From positions 1,364,001-1,428,000 of the forward strand of contig BQFW01000002.1 in NCBI GenBank assembly GCA_020891255.1: a stretch of 64,000 nt of DNA, given 5' to 3'. The notes below the pieces were generated by a model. The model saw only the letters and a list, made by a program, of their open reading frames with translations. It was not told where the DNA came from and searched no databases. This document shows positions 9,191-22,994 of this stretch, piece by piece. Numbering within the stretch: the first letter of the stretch is position 1; each line of letters starts with the position of its first letter. Both the position numbers and the translations under genes were made by a program. Source of the stretch: Entomortierella parvispora E1425. Taxonomy: Eukaryota > Fungi > Mortierellomycota.

Positions 9191-11670
9191 ATGCATGTCC
9201 TGAACAGCATCGAGGTCCTGCATGAGAACCCCTACACGGGCGACAAGATTACAAAGGCAAAGATTGTCTCGATCGACAAGTCCATTCTACCTCCCGTTGA
9301 GAAATCCTCTGGTCATGAACCTCCATTGAATCAAGACTCGAAGGCTCATAAAGACGAAAACGAATCAAACGACGATACGCCCACCTCAGCTTCACTCCCT
9401 CGATATGTTGCTATCAAGTACTTGAGCGATTACCGGAAAAGACCCCAGCGCAAAAAATTGTCTCCTACTCGTGCTCCTGGTCATGGGTGGAGTAGTGACA
9501 GCAGCTATTGTAGCAGCGACAGCGAAGATGATGAACAAGAAGACAGAGCAGAGAACGACGGCATATTACTGGACGAAAAAGGCTCTCGTCTTGTTCCTCC
9601 TCTGGGTTTCTATCGTATACCAGACAGGATCCGATTCGGGATCAAGGCCAGGCGCGAAATAAAAGCGCTCAAAGCAGCTCAAGGGCATCCCAGTGTAGGT
9701 GGTCCAAGAAATTCACTTCAGACTATATTTTACAAAGGGCTCAAGGAGAACCTTGGCGGATGTACTAACAAAGAGCGGTTTTTTGGGATTCGAATGGATT
9801 TAGATTATTAAATTCCTTGGATTTACCAACGATCCAGTCGAGAACCCTCTCAAGGCGGCAACTGAACAAAAGTACGATCTGCAGCAGCGACGACGAAGCA
9901 CCTCTCTTCCCGCACCCAGTGATCTTTTCACCCATTCAAGAGACTCCCTAAGAGAATCGGCGCCACCGGGATCGTCTGCTGCTCTTGGGAGAAGTTTGTT
10001 CGCGGATGATGGTCCAGTAGCTCCATCTGACTCTGTCCTGGCCGCGCCACCATCTAGTCTCAGAGATTTGCAAGGAAGTGCAAGCAACGACAACAATAGC
10101 TCTCTTGACGTGACTATCAACTGGAAATCACGATTCGACAGTGACAGCGAATATGATAGCTGTAATAACGGCAGCTCCAGTTCAGATGAGGATGGCCCGC
10201 CGAGCGGAAAGGATCAAGGAGCAACCGTCAGCAATGTACCGATGAAAAGGAAGAAGAAGGAAACAAACTGGAGCAGAGTCTTTTCTCGGCAGCCTAGAAT
10301 CGGTGGGATTCTACTGCCGTACCTCCCTTTGACATTGCAGGATCTGATCAGGATTGGCTGGACAAAAAGTAGGCCGTTACTAGTCGAAACTTGCATGCGT
10401 CAGGTCTTGGAAGGGCTTGCTTGGATCCATGATGAAGCTGGTCTGATCCACAGGGATATATCCCCTGGTAATATTATGGTGGGGATGAGCAGCCCCGTCG
10501 GATCGAACGAAGAAGGCTGGGTGCAGTGTATGATTTCTGATTTTGGATGTGCGACGTTTCACCCGCTGAAATCAGACACCGAGAACGATGCCTCGAAGCA
10601 GGATCAACAGGAAGTAAAAGAATCAGAGCCTGCCAAGGAGGAGCAACAACCGATTAGCCACCTTGAGCAACTGCAACAACACCAACAACCTGGATTGACG
10701 TTTGAGGTCGGAACTCGAGCTTATCGCGCTCCCGAACTTCTCTTTTCCTCTGGCGACTACACTCACGCAGTGGATCTTTGGTCGGCGGGAGTTATCTTTG
10801 CAGAAATGTACCTTGGCAAGACCCTTTTTGAAGCCGAATCAGATATCGGTCAAGTTTGTGCTATTGTCAAGGTGTTGGGCACACCCAACGAGGAGAACTG
10901 GCCGGTAAGTGCTGTTCAATATAGAATAACCCCCCTTTTTTTTCTTACTTTTGCACAATTGTAGCAAGGATTCACTAACATTTGACAAACATCTCCATTA
11001 TTAGGAATATACATCGATGCCAGATCACGGAAAGTTGGTCTTTACAGTCAAAAAGACGGACCCACTCTCGGAACACCTCCTTGGTGCGGATTACCCCCAA
11101 GCTCCAACAGCGGATGTGGAAGGCGATAATGGACCTACCAGTCATTCTTCTGACGGGCAGAATTCAGAGGAGGCCACTAATGACCACTGCCTGCCATCTC
11201 CACCCTCGTCCCCTCCGACATTAATCTCGAGAACCGCCTTTGACCTGATCGATCGCCTGATTGTCTACTCTGCTTCTGCAAGATTGACCGCAACAGAGGC
11301 ACTGGCTTTCAAGGATCATTATTTGGATAGGACGAATACTTCCAAAGAGGGAGTAGATAAGAATCCATTGTACCTACAGCTCAAGGAGCAATGTGCGTTC
11401 GACTCCCGACAAATGTTGTTAGCGAAGGAGCAGCTGAAACAACAGCTAGAAGAAGAGGGCGATGAATATGGCTACGAACATGGATTTGAGAGTGGCCAGG
11501 GCGAAGACAGCCCTCAAGAGGATGACGATGATGGTGAGCCTGGCTACAGGCCGCAGCCCGTGGGTCGAGGATTGGCTGTTGAAGCAGGACAGCAGGACTA
11601 TGGCTTGCATCCAGGTCTCTCGTTTGGCAGGAGTATCTGGGAGGAAGCCGATGAAGAAGACGATGTCTAG
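9191..11670 (+). CDS. CDK-related Ser/Thr kinase (CDK20/Csk1/Cak1-like) with large insertions; exons 9191-9694, 9804-10904, 11005-11670
   Basis: VAIK, REIKAL, HRDISPGN, SDFG, GTRAYRAPELL, DLWSAG, LGTP..ENWP motifs, kept in frame across GT-AG introns. Confidence 0.85.
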
Positions 11671-13341
11671 AAAGAGCTGACACGCATATGAATAAACGCC
11701 ACCAACTTTGACCGTAGAATACTCCGAGAAGGCACGATGAAGAAGAAACGAGAAGGATCTGATTGTTTTGAATCTAAAAACTCGCTCTAGGGTTGTTCCC
11801 AGGCTATCTTGAAACCGTTGCCGCATTCCAAAATCTTCATCGATGTGGGGTGGACACATGATTTAGATCCAGGAAAAAGACGAGCGATTCACATATGACC
11901 CCGCAGGCATCATCTGTTGCTATTGACCTCCCATGGCAGACGGAGGTGAGGGGTATATTGATCCAGTGCGATCGCACGGCCAAGAGTGACGATCACCCGA
12001 CAATTGGGACGTTCGCAACGCGAAAGAGAGGCGAGCATCTGCATGGACCTCCAGAGCAGAGATGGGTGTGGCATAGCTCAGGCTCCAAGTGTGTCATGAC
12101 AAGATCTGATATGCTTGAGAAAGTGGTTTCCTTTTACTGTTCCCCGTTCTTTCTCTCGCTTTGCTGGCTTCCTTCGTGAAATGAAGGTTCTTTTTGTTCT
12201 TAGAAAAGATTATTTTTTTTAAAAAAAAAACTGATGTCCAATCACTAAGCTTGTGTAGGTGGGAATTGAACCCTCGGTATATTTTTCAACTCCAGGCACC
12301 AGTCTGGCGACGAGTACACAAGGGGGGAAGGGACGATGTTCATCGAGTTTAATAGATGTTATCAGGACATCGATTTCAAAACACGGAGACAGCTTGATAG
12401 GCGTGTTTTGACCTTGAGAGAGGACAAGAAAACAAAAAACAGAAAAACGAAAGTAGGAACTCCAAAAAAAATCTTGCAGAGAATCGGGGTCTGAGCAGCA
12501 AAGGGCGTTCATTATTTATCTCTCTCTCTCTCTTTCTCTCTCTCTCTAGTCACTCGAGGCGATCTTCATCAAGTCAGTGTCGAAATCCCAGCTCAGAACA
12601 TGAGAGCCTGATCGTTTCCCTGGACAAGCGGACGCGGCAATCACCTGGACTTGGAAAAGATGTATTTGTGGACAAGTAAATGTTCGCACTAGAAGTAACT
12701 CTGATTAACTGCAATTGAAATGCGCTCCCCACGTCTAATCAACTCTCAGAGCGTTCGAGGGAGAGGGAAAATAAGCAAGAGATCATGCTCCACAACATGG
12801 GTCGAACAAGATGCGTGGGGATAGCAAGCGGGGAAAAGATATTTTAATAACAGGGGTCGAAAGATTCAATGCCAGCTCTCAAGTTGGCAACCAGGGACAG
12901 GGTAGTCAGGGCCAGAAAGCAAAAAAAAATCCCCAGGGAGCCAAAGACGAGTGGACCATTCACAGTGAGAGGATTGTGCAGGAGAGGAAGAAGAGAACGG
13001 GGACAGGGTTGCAGAAGCAGGGAATGCGGTTGTGCTCGGCGATGAAAATAGAACGTTGCAACTCTGTTCCTCGTGCCGACATCTGTCGATCGGTTGAGTT
13101 CATTATCTCTTCCTTCAATCTCTCGATCTCGTTCCTTTTGTTTCTCTCTTCCTCTCTTCCATTCTCTCTTTACACTCTTCTCTCCATCCTCTCTCCACCT
13201 CTCTTTTTCTCCCCTTCGCAATCCTCTTTCTCTTCCTTCATTACGCCTGTAGATCAATCGTGGTCCCCATCACACTCTACCTACGACCATACTCTAAATT
13301 ATACCTCGACGACAGATCTCCCAGCACGCAATCGATAAGGC

Positions 13342-16289
13342 ATGGACGCTTCCAACCCAGACACTGCAGCGACAGCTTCGGACTTGCGTCAAGGATCAAC
13401 GGACAACCAGGCACCCACCAAGTTGACTGTAGAGGATCAATCCTCTCTAACCACTACTTCTGATTCAGATGCGCGTCAAAAACAGCATTCGCCACAGCCC
13501 TTGGACACCTCCGCTGTCCCGCATCATGAAGATTCTCATTCCTATCAGCCCCCCACCCCAGGCGAGGAGATGACCTTTGATGGAGGTCGTCTCTATGTCA
13601 CCCGAGCAAACGCGCCTCCAATGCCCAGGAATAATTCTTATCCAGAACAGGGTACACAACCACATATCAGAGCAGCACCACAACAACTTCTTCATCCACA
13701 GCATCACCCATTGGATCCCAACGGACGTCCGCATAGTCATTACCACTACCAACCCACAGCCAGTTCATCAGCATCGTCCTCTTCGATTGCCGAAAGTCGA
13801 TCTGTCCCCATTCATCTCCCTTCAGAAGTGCAACAACAACAATACCAGCAGCAGCAGCAGCAGCAGCAGCAAAGAGGACCCTATCTGAGCTCACCTGGAC
13901 AGCCTGCACCGCAAGGATCTCGGTCAACAAGCTCCTTGAATGGATCTCCACACGACATGCCCACCTCTCGATCCAATCCATCTCTTTATCGACAGTTCAA
14001 CAACAACGGTAGCAATAGCAACCTCTCTAGCAGACCGTATACCCACTATTCCACCCCTCGATCTGCTCTTCGACCAGATTCCGTATGCTCGTACCCAGAT
14101 TCTTCTCCACTGATGGCTCCCAATGTCTTGGCTGCCATGGAGGCGCGTTTGAGAGCCAGTGCCAGTAATAGCTCCCTCAACAGTAACCGGACCACCGGAC
14201 AGGGGGCCAATGGACTCACCCCCCACAGTACTGGTGCCGGTGCGTGTGCCTCCCCTCGTTCGCTCCAGAACGGGTTCGCGCGCAGTGTCCACTCGAGGGC
14301 CTCCAGTGTGATGATGGGAACCGGGACCCTCTCACCCCCCACCGTGACGCATCATCAGGTCCTGGAGACTTCAGACGCGATCAAGAGTCGTGAACAGCTG
14401 TACGATCTCTTGAATAAAGACGACGATAATGTGGGCGACATGGACATGGACAATGATGAAACAGCGTATTACGATAGCGCTTTTCATTTGGGGAAGCCAA
14501 ACCCCAAATTCAGGGCTGGATCTGCCATGTCTTCCAGGAGAAGCTCAATGACAATGGCGTCCAGTGCTGGCGGTGGAAGTGACATCGAGTTGAACGTGAC
14601 CAAGAAATGTAATGCAAGGAACAGTGTGGCAGCAGCAGCAGCAGCAGCCGGCATCGTTGCAGGAGCTGATGCCGCCATCAGACCTCCATCTCGTACAACC
14701 ACGCCTCTGTCTTCGGCAGCAGCGGCTAGAGACTTTGATGAGAAGGACTTTATAGAGCCGATCGCGGCCGCGCCCAAGAGTGCCTGGCTCAAGAGCAAGA
14801 GCAGGAACAGTCGCAAGTGGAAGGGGGTTTGCTGCGTGGTCGGCATCTTGGCCCTTGTGGCAGTCGTCGCGGGTATTGCCTTGGGCTTTGTTCTTCGTAA
14901 GGGCAAGGTCGATGGACTTGCACGTCCTCCAGAGTAAGGATGCTTATTGTTTGTCACGTTCACCTGAATGAATCAAACTTGCCAAAAGGACATTGTTTAA
15001 CATGCTTTTCTTTTCATTAGGGATCCAACCAACCCCACGAGCCCAGGAGGCGGTGGCAATGGAGGAGGTGGTGGTGGTCGTCCAGTGCCACCACTCATTA
15101 CCCAATTCCCTCCAGACCCCAACTTGAGCAAGGCCTTTTATGGAGTGGCTTACAACCCTGCCAAGGTCTTGATGCCTTGGTGTGGTGCAGACCTGCAGTC
15201 GATCATCAACGATATTAACCTTATGTCGCAGATCACCAAACGGATCCGACTGTATGGCATGGATTGTGGACAGGCCGACTTGACCTTCCAGGCCATCAAG
15301 ATCCTGAAGGTGCAAATGGAGGTCGTGTTGACGATCTGGGTCGATAACAACAGCACGACCTATCAGCGACAGAAGGATACACTCTTCAAGGTCCTAGATA
15401 CCTATGGCACGGACATGTTGACGGGTGTCAGTGTCGGAAACGAGGTCCTCTTTAGAAAAGATATGGACCTGACCACTCTTGGAGGGCTGATGTCGGTAAG
15501 CGTCTGCTTCTTTAAACGAGCCTCGCGCGACCTGTGCCATTCTGTTGATCTGTTCCTAATGTATCTACGATCCCTTTTTCTTTTCAAAAACCAGAGCGTT
15601 CGCTCTGAACTCAAGACGAGATACAACAAGGCGATCCCAGTCTTCACCTCTGATGTAGGATCAGACATGACACCAGCGTTGGCTTCGTATTCCGACATGT
15701 TGCAGGGCAACTTGCATCCTTACTTCAGTGGCACCACCGCGGCCATGGCGGCCAACTGGACTTTTACCCAGTACGAAGAAAAGATTGTCGAGAATCCTGT
15801 TAGCTCCGGCACTGCTGGTGTCATCTCGGAAGTTGGTTGGCCATCAGCACCTTCTTCGGCTGTCTATCGTAAGTTGAAAACAGAAAAAAAAAAAAAGGAT
15901 TCTTGTCTCAATTGGCTAAACGAACATTCGATTTCCTTTTTCCCTTTCCTTCATGTTCTCTAGTCAACGGTTCCATCCCCGGATTAGCCAATTTGCAAAC
16001 TGTTGTCGACACATTTGTCTGCCAGGCCAACACCAAAGGCATCCCCTGTAAGTCCCTCGTTGATGGTTGCTGTTTCCCCTTCTCCTTCTCCTTCTCCTTG
16101 ATAAGAAGTTACGACCATGGAACACGTAGGCTAACCCGAATTTTGTTGCTCATTTCTCCAGATTACTGGTTTGAATTCAAGGACGAGCCCTGGAAGATCG
16201 ATCCCGATGTTCCCGTAGAGCCCTACTGGGGAATCTTTGACAAGGATGGAAAACTCAAGATCAAGATCCCGGATTGTATTGCACCTTGA
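13342..16289 (+). CDS. Type II membrane GH17 beta-1,3-glucanase/glucanosyltransferase (BtgC-like); 5 exons
   Basis: Long low-complexity cytoplasmic N-terminus, TM helix GVCCVVGILALVAVVAGIALGFVL, RIRLYGMDC, catalytic VGNEVLF and ISEVGWPS, YWFE..DEPWK and EPYWG. Confidence 0.9.
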
Positions 16290-16465
16290 GCCCCTTTCTT
16301 CTTCCACCTTGACCTCCATTGACCTCTGCCTCAAAAGACAATTGTCAATAATAAAAGCTCAAGGACATTAAAAAAAAACTTTGTATGGTATGCTTTTAAT
16401 GAAAGATGCTACAATGGAATGGGGAGAGATGCAAAAAAAATTGAAAGAGTGGAGGAGATATCTGT

Positions 16466-19400
16466 CTACCGGTTGGCCTTTCGACTGATCTGAATCTTCT
16501 TGGCAGTGACCTCGGCCTTGGTCATGGGCACCAAACGTGCACCCTCGCGCTTCTGCCATACCTCCACTGCGGGCAAAGGCCAGTAATGAGGTCCGTAAGT
16601 GATATCAGTAATGGACTTTTGAGTCTTGTCATCGATTTTGCTAAAAAAAAAAAAAAAAAAAAAAATAGGGTTAAAGAACATGTCAAACCTCTGGCAGTCC
16701 GAAACAAGAGAGCAATATATAAACATACATAATACGATCCTTGGAGGCGCGGACAAGACCCGTTCCATTTGCAAGTGTGGCCATCCATTTGGGATCGACA
16801 ACTGTCAAGCCCTTGAGGTAAATCTTGGAGGGCTTGGACTCAGTCTCAGTCTCCTTCACCGTCCGCTGCAGATCCTGGTACACGACCATTTGCGGAGCCT
16901 TATCCATGCTGAAGCCAAACAATCCTGAGCTTGGGTGAATGTACACCTTCTCCTTGGACCACATTGTCACATAGGGCACAGACTTTGCCTTCTTGGAGTA
17001 ATTGGGCTCCACAGTGCCGACGAGATCCTGTCGGATTGCGACCTGATCCATGAAAGCACAGGCAACAATTTGACGAATCGCCGTCAACTGACGCGTCGTT
17101 GGCTTTTCCATGTATGGGTCGAAAGTGAGGGAGGCCACACTTGGGCTGGAAGCAAAGTTGTTCTGGACCATTCGGGTAAGCTGTCCACGCAATTGGTGGA
17201 TTTCCTGCATTGCCTTGTATCTCACAAAGTTCTCTGTGCAGAATTGTTCCTTGTTGGTCTCCCGAGCGTATGCACCAACCACGTTCAAGACCTTAGCCAT
17301 ATCATTCAAAGGATCCAAAGCCTCGTGGATAGACTGAGACTTGTAAAACTTGGAGCGAGTCAACTTTCTCTTTTGCTTCTTCTTCTCCTTCTCGCTCTTG
17401 ATATGAGCCAGTTCCATCTCCTCAAAGCTGTCCAGCTGGTACCGCTTGTTGGACTCCTCGTCATCGTCCTCGCTCTCGTCATCGGTCTCGCCGGGTCGGG
17501 AGATGTCCAATTGGAACTCTTTGATGAAGATCTCACCTACAGACAAAGCCGCAACGATCGCAATAACGTAGGGGAAGCAGTTCTCCTGATGGGCCAGTGT
17601 CAACCTATATGTTATTAATTATAGAGTCAATTAGTGCTTTAAAAAGAAGGATCATTCAACATACAAGATATTACTTTGAGAACTTACATTTTTGCAAGAC
17701 GGGGAACAAGAGGGAAGATAGACATGGTCTTTCCGAGCTCCGTGATACTCTTCTTGTTCGAGTTTTCAAGAGCGTTCAAGTAGACCAGACGCTGCTCTGC
17801 TTGCTTGAGATCATCCCGGTTAGGAGGCGTAGGGAAGGGAAAGTTGACGACATTGTCGATGAACATGCTCTTCATCTGCAAGACCACACCATCAATTGGC
17901 ATCTTTTGGATCTCGGCCTCGGACGCAGTGACAAACTGACTCTCATAGACCTCCGAACTGAACAAGCGGTAACAGTGACCATGACCAGTACGACCAGCAC
18001 GACCAGCGCGCTGGGTCGCACTTGCCTTGGACGTCCAACCGACCTGGAATGTCTGGATGCCTGTCTCCTTGTCGTAGTGACGCTCCTTGGATTTACCGCT
18101 ATCGACAACATACTTGATGTTGGGAATGGTAATCGAAGTTTCGGCAACGTTGGTGGCAACCACACAGAGTCGCGATCCAGGTGGTGGCGGCTCAAAGACG
18201 CGCATCTGATCCTCGGTCTTCAGCAGAGAGTAGAGTGGCAAGACATGAAGGGGGGCAGATCCTGCATCAGGGCTCTCCTCCAAGACTTCATCACCCTCAA
18301 ACAACTCTTCCTCAGAGTCATCATCCAAGTTGAAAGCCTCGTCGTCTTCCTCTGGGCCGTTTCCATTGTCAACGACCTCGGCGTCACCAATGGCCATATC
18401 CTCTAGCTCTACATCCTCGTTCCTGGGGTCCAGCTCCTGGTTGGATGCGGATTCATCCTCCTTCTTTTCGTCCTCCTTCTTTTCGCTTTCCTTCTTCTCG
18501 CCAACAATGTTGCCCTTCTGGGTGCGCTTAGGAGCATCCACAGTCTTGGAAGCAGCGGCTGTGTCAGGGAATGGGAATTTCCTCCGTAATTTCCGTACAA
18601 GGTCCATAATCTCGGCCTGTCCAGCAAGGAAAACCAAAATGGCACCCTCTGGCAATTTGGAGTGAATCTTTGAGACCTTCTTGAACGCCTCGCCAACGTA
18701 ATCCTGCTCGGGTGTCCTCTTGTTGAAATGCATCGTCACTCCATAAACCTTCTTGACATCCACACCCACGACAGGAACCAAATCCTTAGGCGCCTGGTCT
18801 TCCTCAGCATCAGCCGACTTCATTTCCTCGTCCTCGTCATCGCTGTCCTTCTTGTTCGTGATCTTCTTTTGAGCAAGATGTCCAAAGAGTCGCTCGTTCC
18901 TGGTGAATTCTTCGATAACAAGGGTGGCGGACATGATAATCAACTTGAGAGGCTTTGTGTTTTCCCGGTCCTTCTTGCTCTCCTCCCGACGCAAACGGAC
19001 AATACGACTCAGGGCTCCGATGAGGATATCCGTGTTCAAACTACGCTCGTGAGCCTCATCAATGATGATGGCAGAGTACTTTCTCAGCAAGAAATCCGAG
19101 TTCAATTCACGAAGCAACACACCATCGGTCATGAACTTCATCACGGTGTCGGGCGAGGTCGTCGCATCGTAGCGAATCTGATGAGACACCTTGGAGGCAG
19201 GCAAGTTCAATTCCTTGGCGACACGTCCTGCCATGGACACAGCAGCAACACGACGAGGCTGTGTGATTCCAATCATGCCAGGGTTGGGACTGTTGGGATT
19301 ACCGTATCCAGCCTCGTACAAGAACTGAGGGACCTGGGTTGTCTTTCCTGAACCAGTCTCTCCCTTGACGAGGATCACGTCGTTGTAGATGATCATTTCC

Positions 19401-20864
19401 ATGATGTGCTGTTCCTCGGCGCAGACAGGGAGTTTCAAACGCTGCTCCTGAATCTCTGGATCTCTGTCGACATGGACATGGAAGGCCTCTCCGATTTCGC
19501 CCTCCTCCAGCTGCTTCATCTTTTCGACAAGGTTGCCCAAAAGATCAGTCTTTGGCTCCACACGGCTCGAGATGTATTCTCCTGTCCTCTCTGGAAGACT
19601 GTCGATATTGGAAATGATCGTTTCTTCCTCGTCGCCTTCCTCGTTGGTCGCCAATCCACCCAGGTTGGTCATCCAGCCACGACGCTTCTTTTTGGCAGGC
19701 TCCTGGCTCTCGTCTTCGCTTCCGCTGTGCTTCTTGTGTTCGTCTTCTTCATCTGAAGATGAATCGTATTCAGAGTTGGAGCTGTCGAATGAACTTTCCC
19801 GCTCCTTTTGCTTGGCGGCTTCCTTCTGCGCACGCAGCAATGCAAGACGGGTCTAGAGATGCACATCAAAATGAATTTGTTGAGTTTCCAATCCTTTTTC
19901 AGTAATCATGCCGATCCTTTTTCGAGATATTATAGAGATCGGTAGACCTACAGGCTTCTTGGCGGTGGATTTCTTCACAAGAATCGAGCTTCCGACTTTG
20001 AGGGCACTTCCGGCAACGATCGGTGCCGGCTCAGGCTTTGTCTCAGTGGCGGTAGTTGCTGAGCTAGAGTTGTTGGATTTCATGCCTTGACCATCGTCGT
20101 CTGAACCAGAGTCATCCTCATCGTCCTCATCGTCTTCTTCATCATCGTCATAGTCGTTGTTGGATTTGACAAAGAGGGGTACGTTCTTGTCAGACTGCTC
20201 CAATCCCTGTCGCTGTTCGGTCAAGGCTCTCCGGAGTTTTTGTTTCATGGTTTCCTTGTTTTGTCCAAGAGTTCTACTTGATTTCAAAAGATCCGAAGAC
20301 CATGCCTGCTCCTCCAGTTTCTTGAACAGGTCTCCTCGCGCCTCCTTTTTCATTTTTTTCTCCTGCAGCGTTCAAAATATTGAGAATGATATATAGTGTC
20401 AGTGATCTGTCAAACCATGGAGTATGACGTCCGAACACATTAAAAGATGGATCCAGGTGCACTTTACAATGTATTTGTCGAGTCTCTTCTTCTTTTTGCT
20501 GCTCATCTTTGGTTGCTCAGCCTCTTCGTTGAATTGGATCGCAGATACGTCGACTTGTCCAGGAACAAGGATTTCAGCATTGGGATCAGCACTGCGGGTT
20601 GGGTAGGAAAATGACAATGTTAGAGAGACACAAGCAATGATTTCCAGTAACCTCCAGCTGGCGGCAAGGATGCAGTATCCTTTCCATCGCCCGCGAAGGT
20701 AAGGTCAACAGTAGAACACAGCATAGAGAATAAGAGCATTACGGTTGCAAGAGGGTTGGCTTGGTGGCTTTTCTTCCTCCATCGCGAGCATTGGGATGAG
20801 GTCTGGAAGACTTGTTGCTCGACTGGCGAGCACGCTCGTTGTATCTTGGCCTATTTTTACCCAT
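16466..20864 (-). CDS. DHR1: DEAH-box RNA helicase Dhr1/DHX37 (SSU processome), multi-exon
   Basis: MGKNRPRYNERAR start, GETGSGKTTQVPQFLYEAGY, DEAH, SAT, QRAGRAGR, HA2/OB C-terminal exons. Confidence 0.92.
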
Positions 20865-21157
20865 GACAAAAGATGTGGATGGGAGGAATGGAATGGAGAC
20901 AACAGAACAAACAAAGCTTGACCATGCCAGCGTTGCATGTTTAAAAAAAAGAAAAAAGTTGTGTTGATTTTGTGACTGTCATTTCCATGACCGACCTCGA
21001 AATTTAGGCTCTTTGGCCGCCTGGTGTGCCTGTTGGAGTGATCTGTCTGCCTTACTTTCTGAACTGCAGGCCAAGGAGGACAGCACCCATGCTGATGATC
21101 TGATCCAAGAAGGAGAACAAGGCAACGTCAATGAAGAGTAGGCTCATTGTCTTTATT

Positions 21158-21210
21158 TAGAGAGAGAGAAGAGAGAGAAAAGAGAGAAGAGAGAGAAGAG
21201 AGAGAAGAGA
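21158..21210. repeat. AG-rich simple repeat (AGAGAGAA-type)
   Basis: Visible purine repeat between the DHR1 and SNO genes. Confidence 0.8.
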
Positions 21211-21610
21211 GGACAGACACAGGGACAGGCACAGGGACAGAAAGAGCAGACAAGAAAGAAAGAGAGTGTGATCAAGCGAGAGCGTCGAAGGTACATCCCC
21301 CGTGGGAAGAATGCGGGCGTGCTCGGATGCAGCGCTGCCAATGACGCCCCATCGGACGGCGAAGTCGTGTGCACATCCCTGCAAGCAAAAGAGTCAGACA
21401 AGAAGGAACTATACATAAGTACATACAGTGTACCAGTAAGGCAGGCACACCCCGCAAAAAATATTTCAAATCGATCCCCGACCTCTGCACTGCGCTGTGT
21501 ATGTAAAAGAGTCTCCCTTCCTACGTACTTGCCTGCATCTCTTTTTTCTTTCTCTTTCATTCTCTCCTCTTTCAACTTTCAACAACCTCCATTCAACTAA
21601 TCTCCCAACC

Positions 21611-22405
21611 ATGGCACAGGAACAGCAGGAACACAAGCAGATCAGAGTCGGTGTCTTGGGTACGCATGGACTTTCATCTTCAACTCTTCAGCAGCAGACT
21701 CAATTCATTCATTCGACCCTGATCAGATGAGACTAATCTCCCATTGTTGAACTCCTTTCTTCCCTATCCGCACAAACAGCCCTCCAAGGCGCCTTCTCAG
21801 AGCACATCATCCTCCTCAACACCCTCCCTCAGGTCTCCGAGGCCGTTGCTGTTCGTAATGCCAAGGAGATTGCCGAGGTCGATGCCCTCGTCATCCCCGG
21901 AGGTGAATCCACCACTATGGCTTTGATCGCCGAGCGTTCCGGATTCTGGCCCGCTCTTCAAGAGTTTGTTCATACCCGCCCTACCTGGGGTACCTGCGCC
22001 GGCTTGATCTTGCTTTCGGAGAAGGTTACTTCCGGAGGCACTCTCAAGGGCGACCAAAAGCTGCTTCAGGGACTGAGCATCAGCATCAAGCGTAACGCTT
22101 TTGGCACCCAGAAGGAGAGTTTCGAGGCTGGTTTGCACGTCGAGGGCTTGGAGGCGGCCGAGAGACTGTTCCCCGGTGTCTTCATTCGTGCTCCCGTCAT
22201 CGATGAGATCTTGGATACGGAAAAGGTTCAGGTCGTTGCGCAATTGGAGCGGGACTACGGCATGACCCCCAAGGGCACCATCGTTGCTGTTCGTCAGGGA
22301 CACATCTTGGGATCTGCTTTCCACCCAGAGTTGACCAGGGACAACAGAATGCACTTGCTCTTTGTCAAGATGGCCCAGGAATGGATCGCTAAGCAGGACA
22401 AGTAG
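21611..22405 (+). CDS. SNO1: PLP synthase glutaminase subunit (Sno/PdxT); exons about 21611-21659 and 21780-22405
   Basis: VGVL|ALQGAF, IPGGESTT, GTCAGLI (catalytic Cys), RNAFG, FIRAP and FHPEL motifs. Confidence 0.95.
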
Positions 22406-22736
22406 AAGGACATGCTGTGTAGACCGTCTGTGTGTAAACAGAGCTGTTGACATTGTCATCGTGACTCAGACTAGAATAGAGCTTGGCCATTTGTATTGTG
22501 CTGGGCCCATGTAAATTAAAAATTCATCATAGACAAACCAAACACGAGCACTTCATACCCAAAACAAAACAAAATGCCAGGAGTACTTGTGGCAACGGTT
22601 CTTTTCCAGGGGAGACAACACTCTTGCCACTGCCGCAGTTTTTATCCGTGATACGATTGAACGACCATCGTTTTTATTTGATTTTCCATTGATTTGATAC
22701 ATCCACATTGCCCATCGATTCTATGTCCAGCGATAT

Positions 22737-22945
22737 TTAATCCTAAAAAGAAAAGGCAAAATGTAAGGCTTGCGAACAACTTTGGTAGTATTGAGACTCC
22801 ACGGATATAGAAGTAGAGCTGCCAACATACCTGGCGAGATCGAAGAGTACGCGTAATAATCTTTTCGGGGGTACTGATAATAAAAAAGATGATAGCATTG
22901 ATAGTTAGTCTTCAAAGTAGAGAGACAAAGTCAGCAGCCCTTCCT

Positions 22946-22994
<49 letters not shown>

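Noticed and set aside
20985-21140. Coding-looking stretch SLAAWCACWSDLSALLSELQAKEDSTHADDLIQEGEQGNVNEE*
   Set aside because: No in-frame ATG or convincing upstream exon; lies in the DHR1/SNO divergent promoter.
21611-22405. Expected SNZ/PdxS partner next to SNO
   Set aside because: Neighbours are DHR1 and PUP3, so there is no SNZ-SNO cluster here. Unlinked copies are common and unremarkable.
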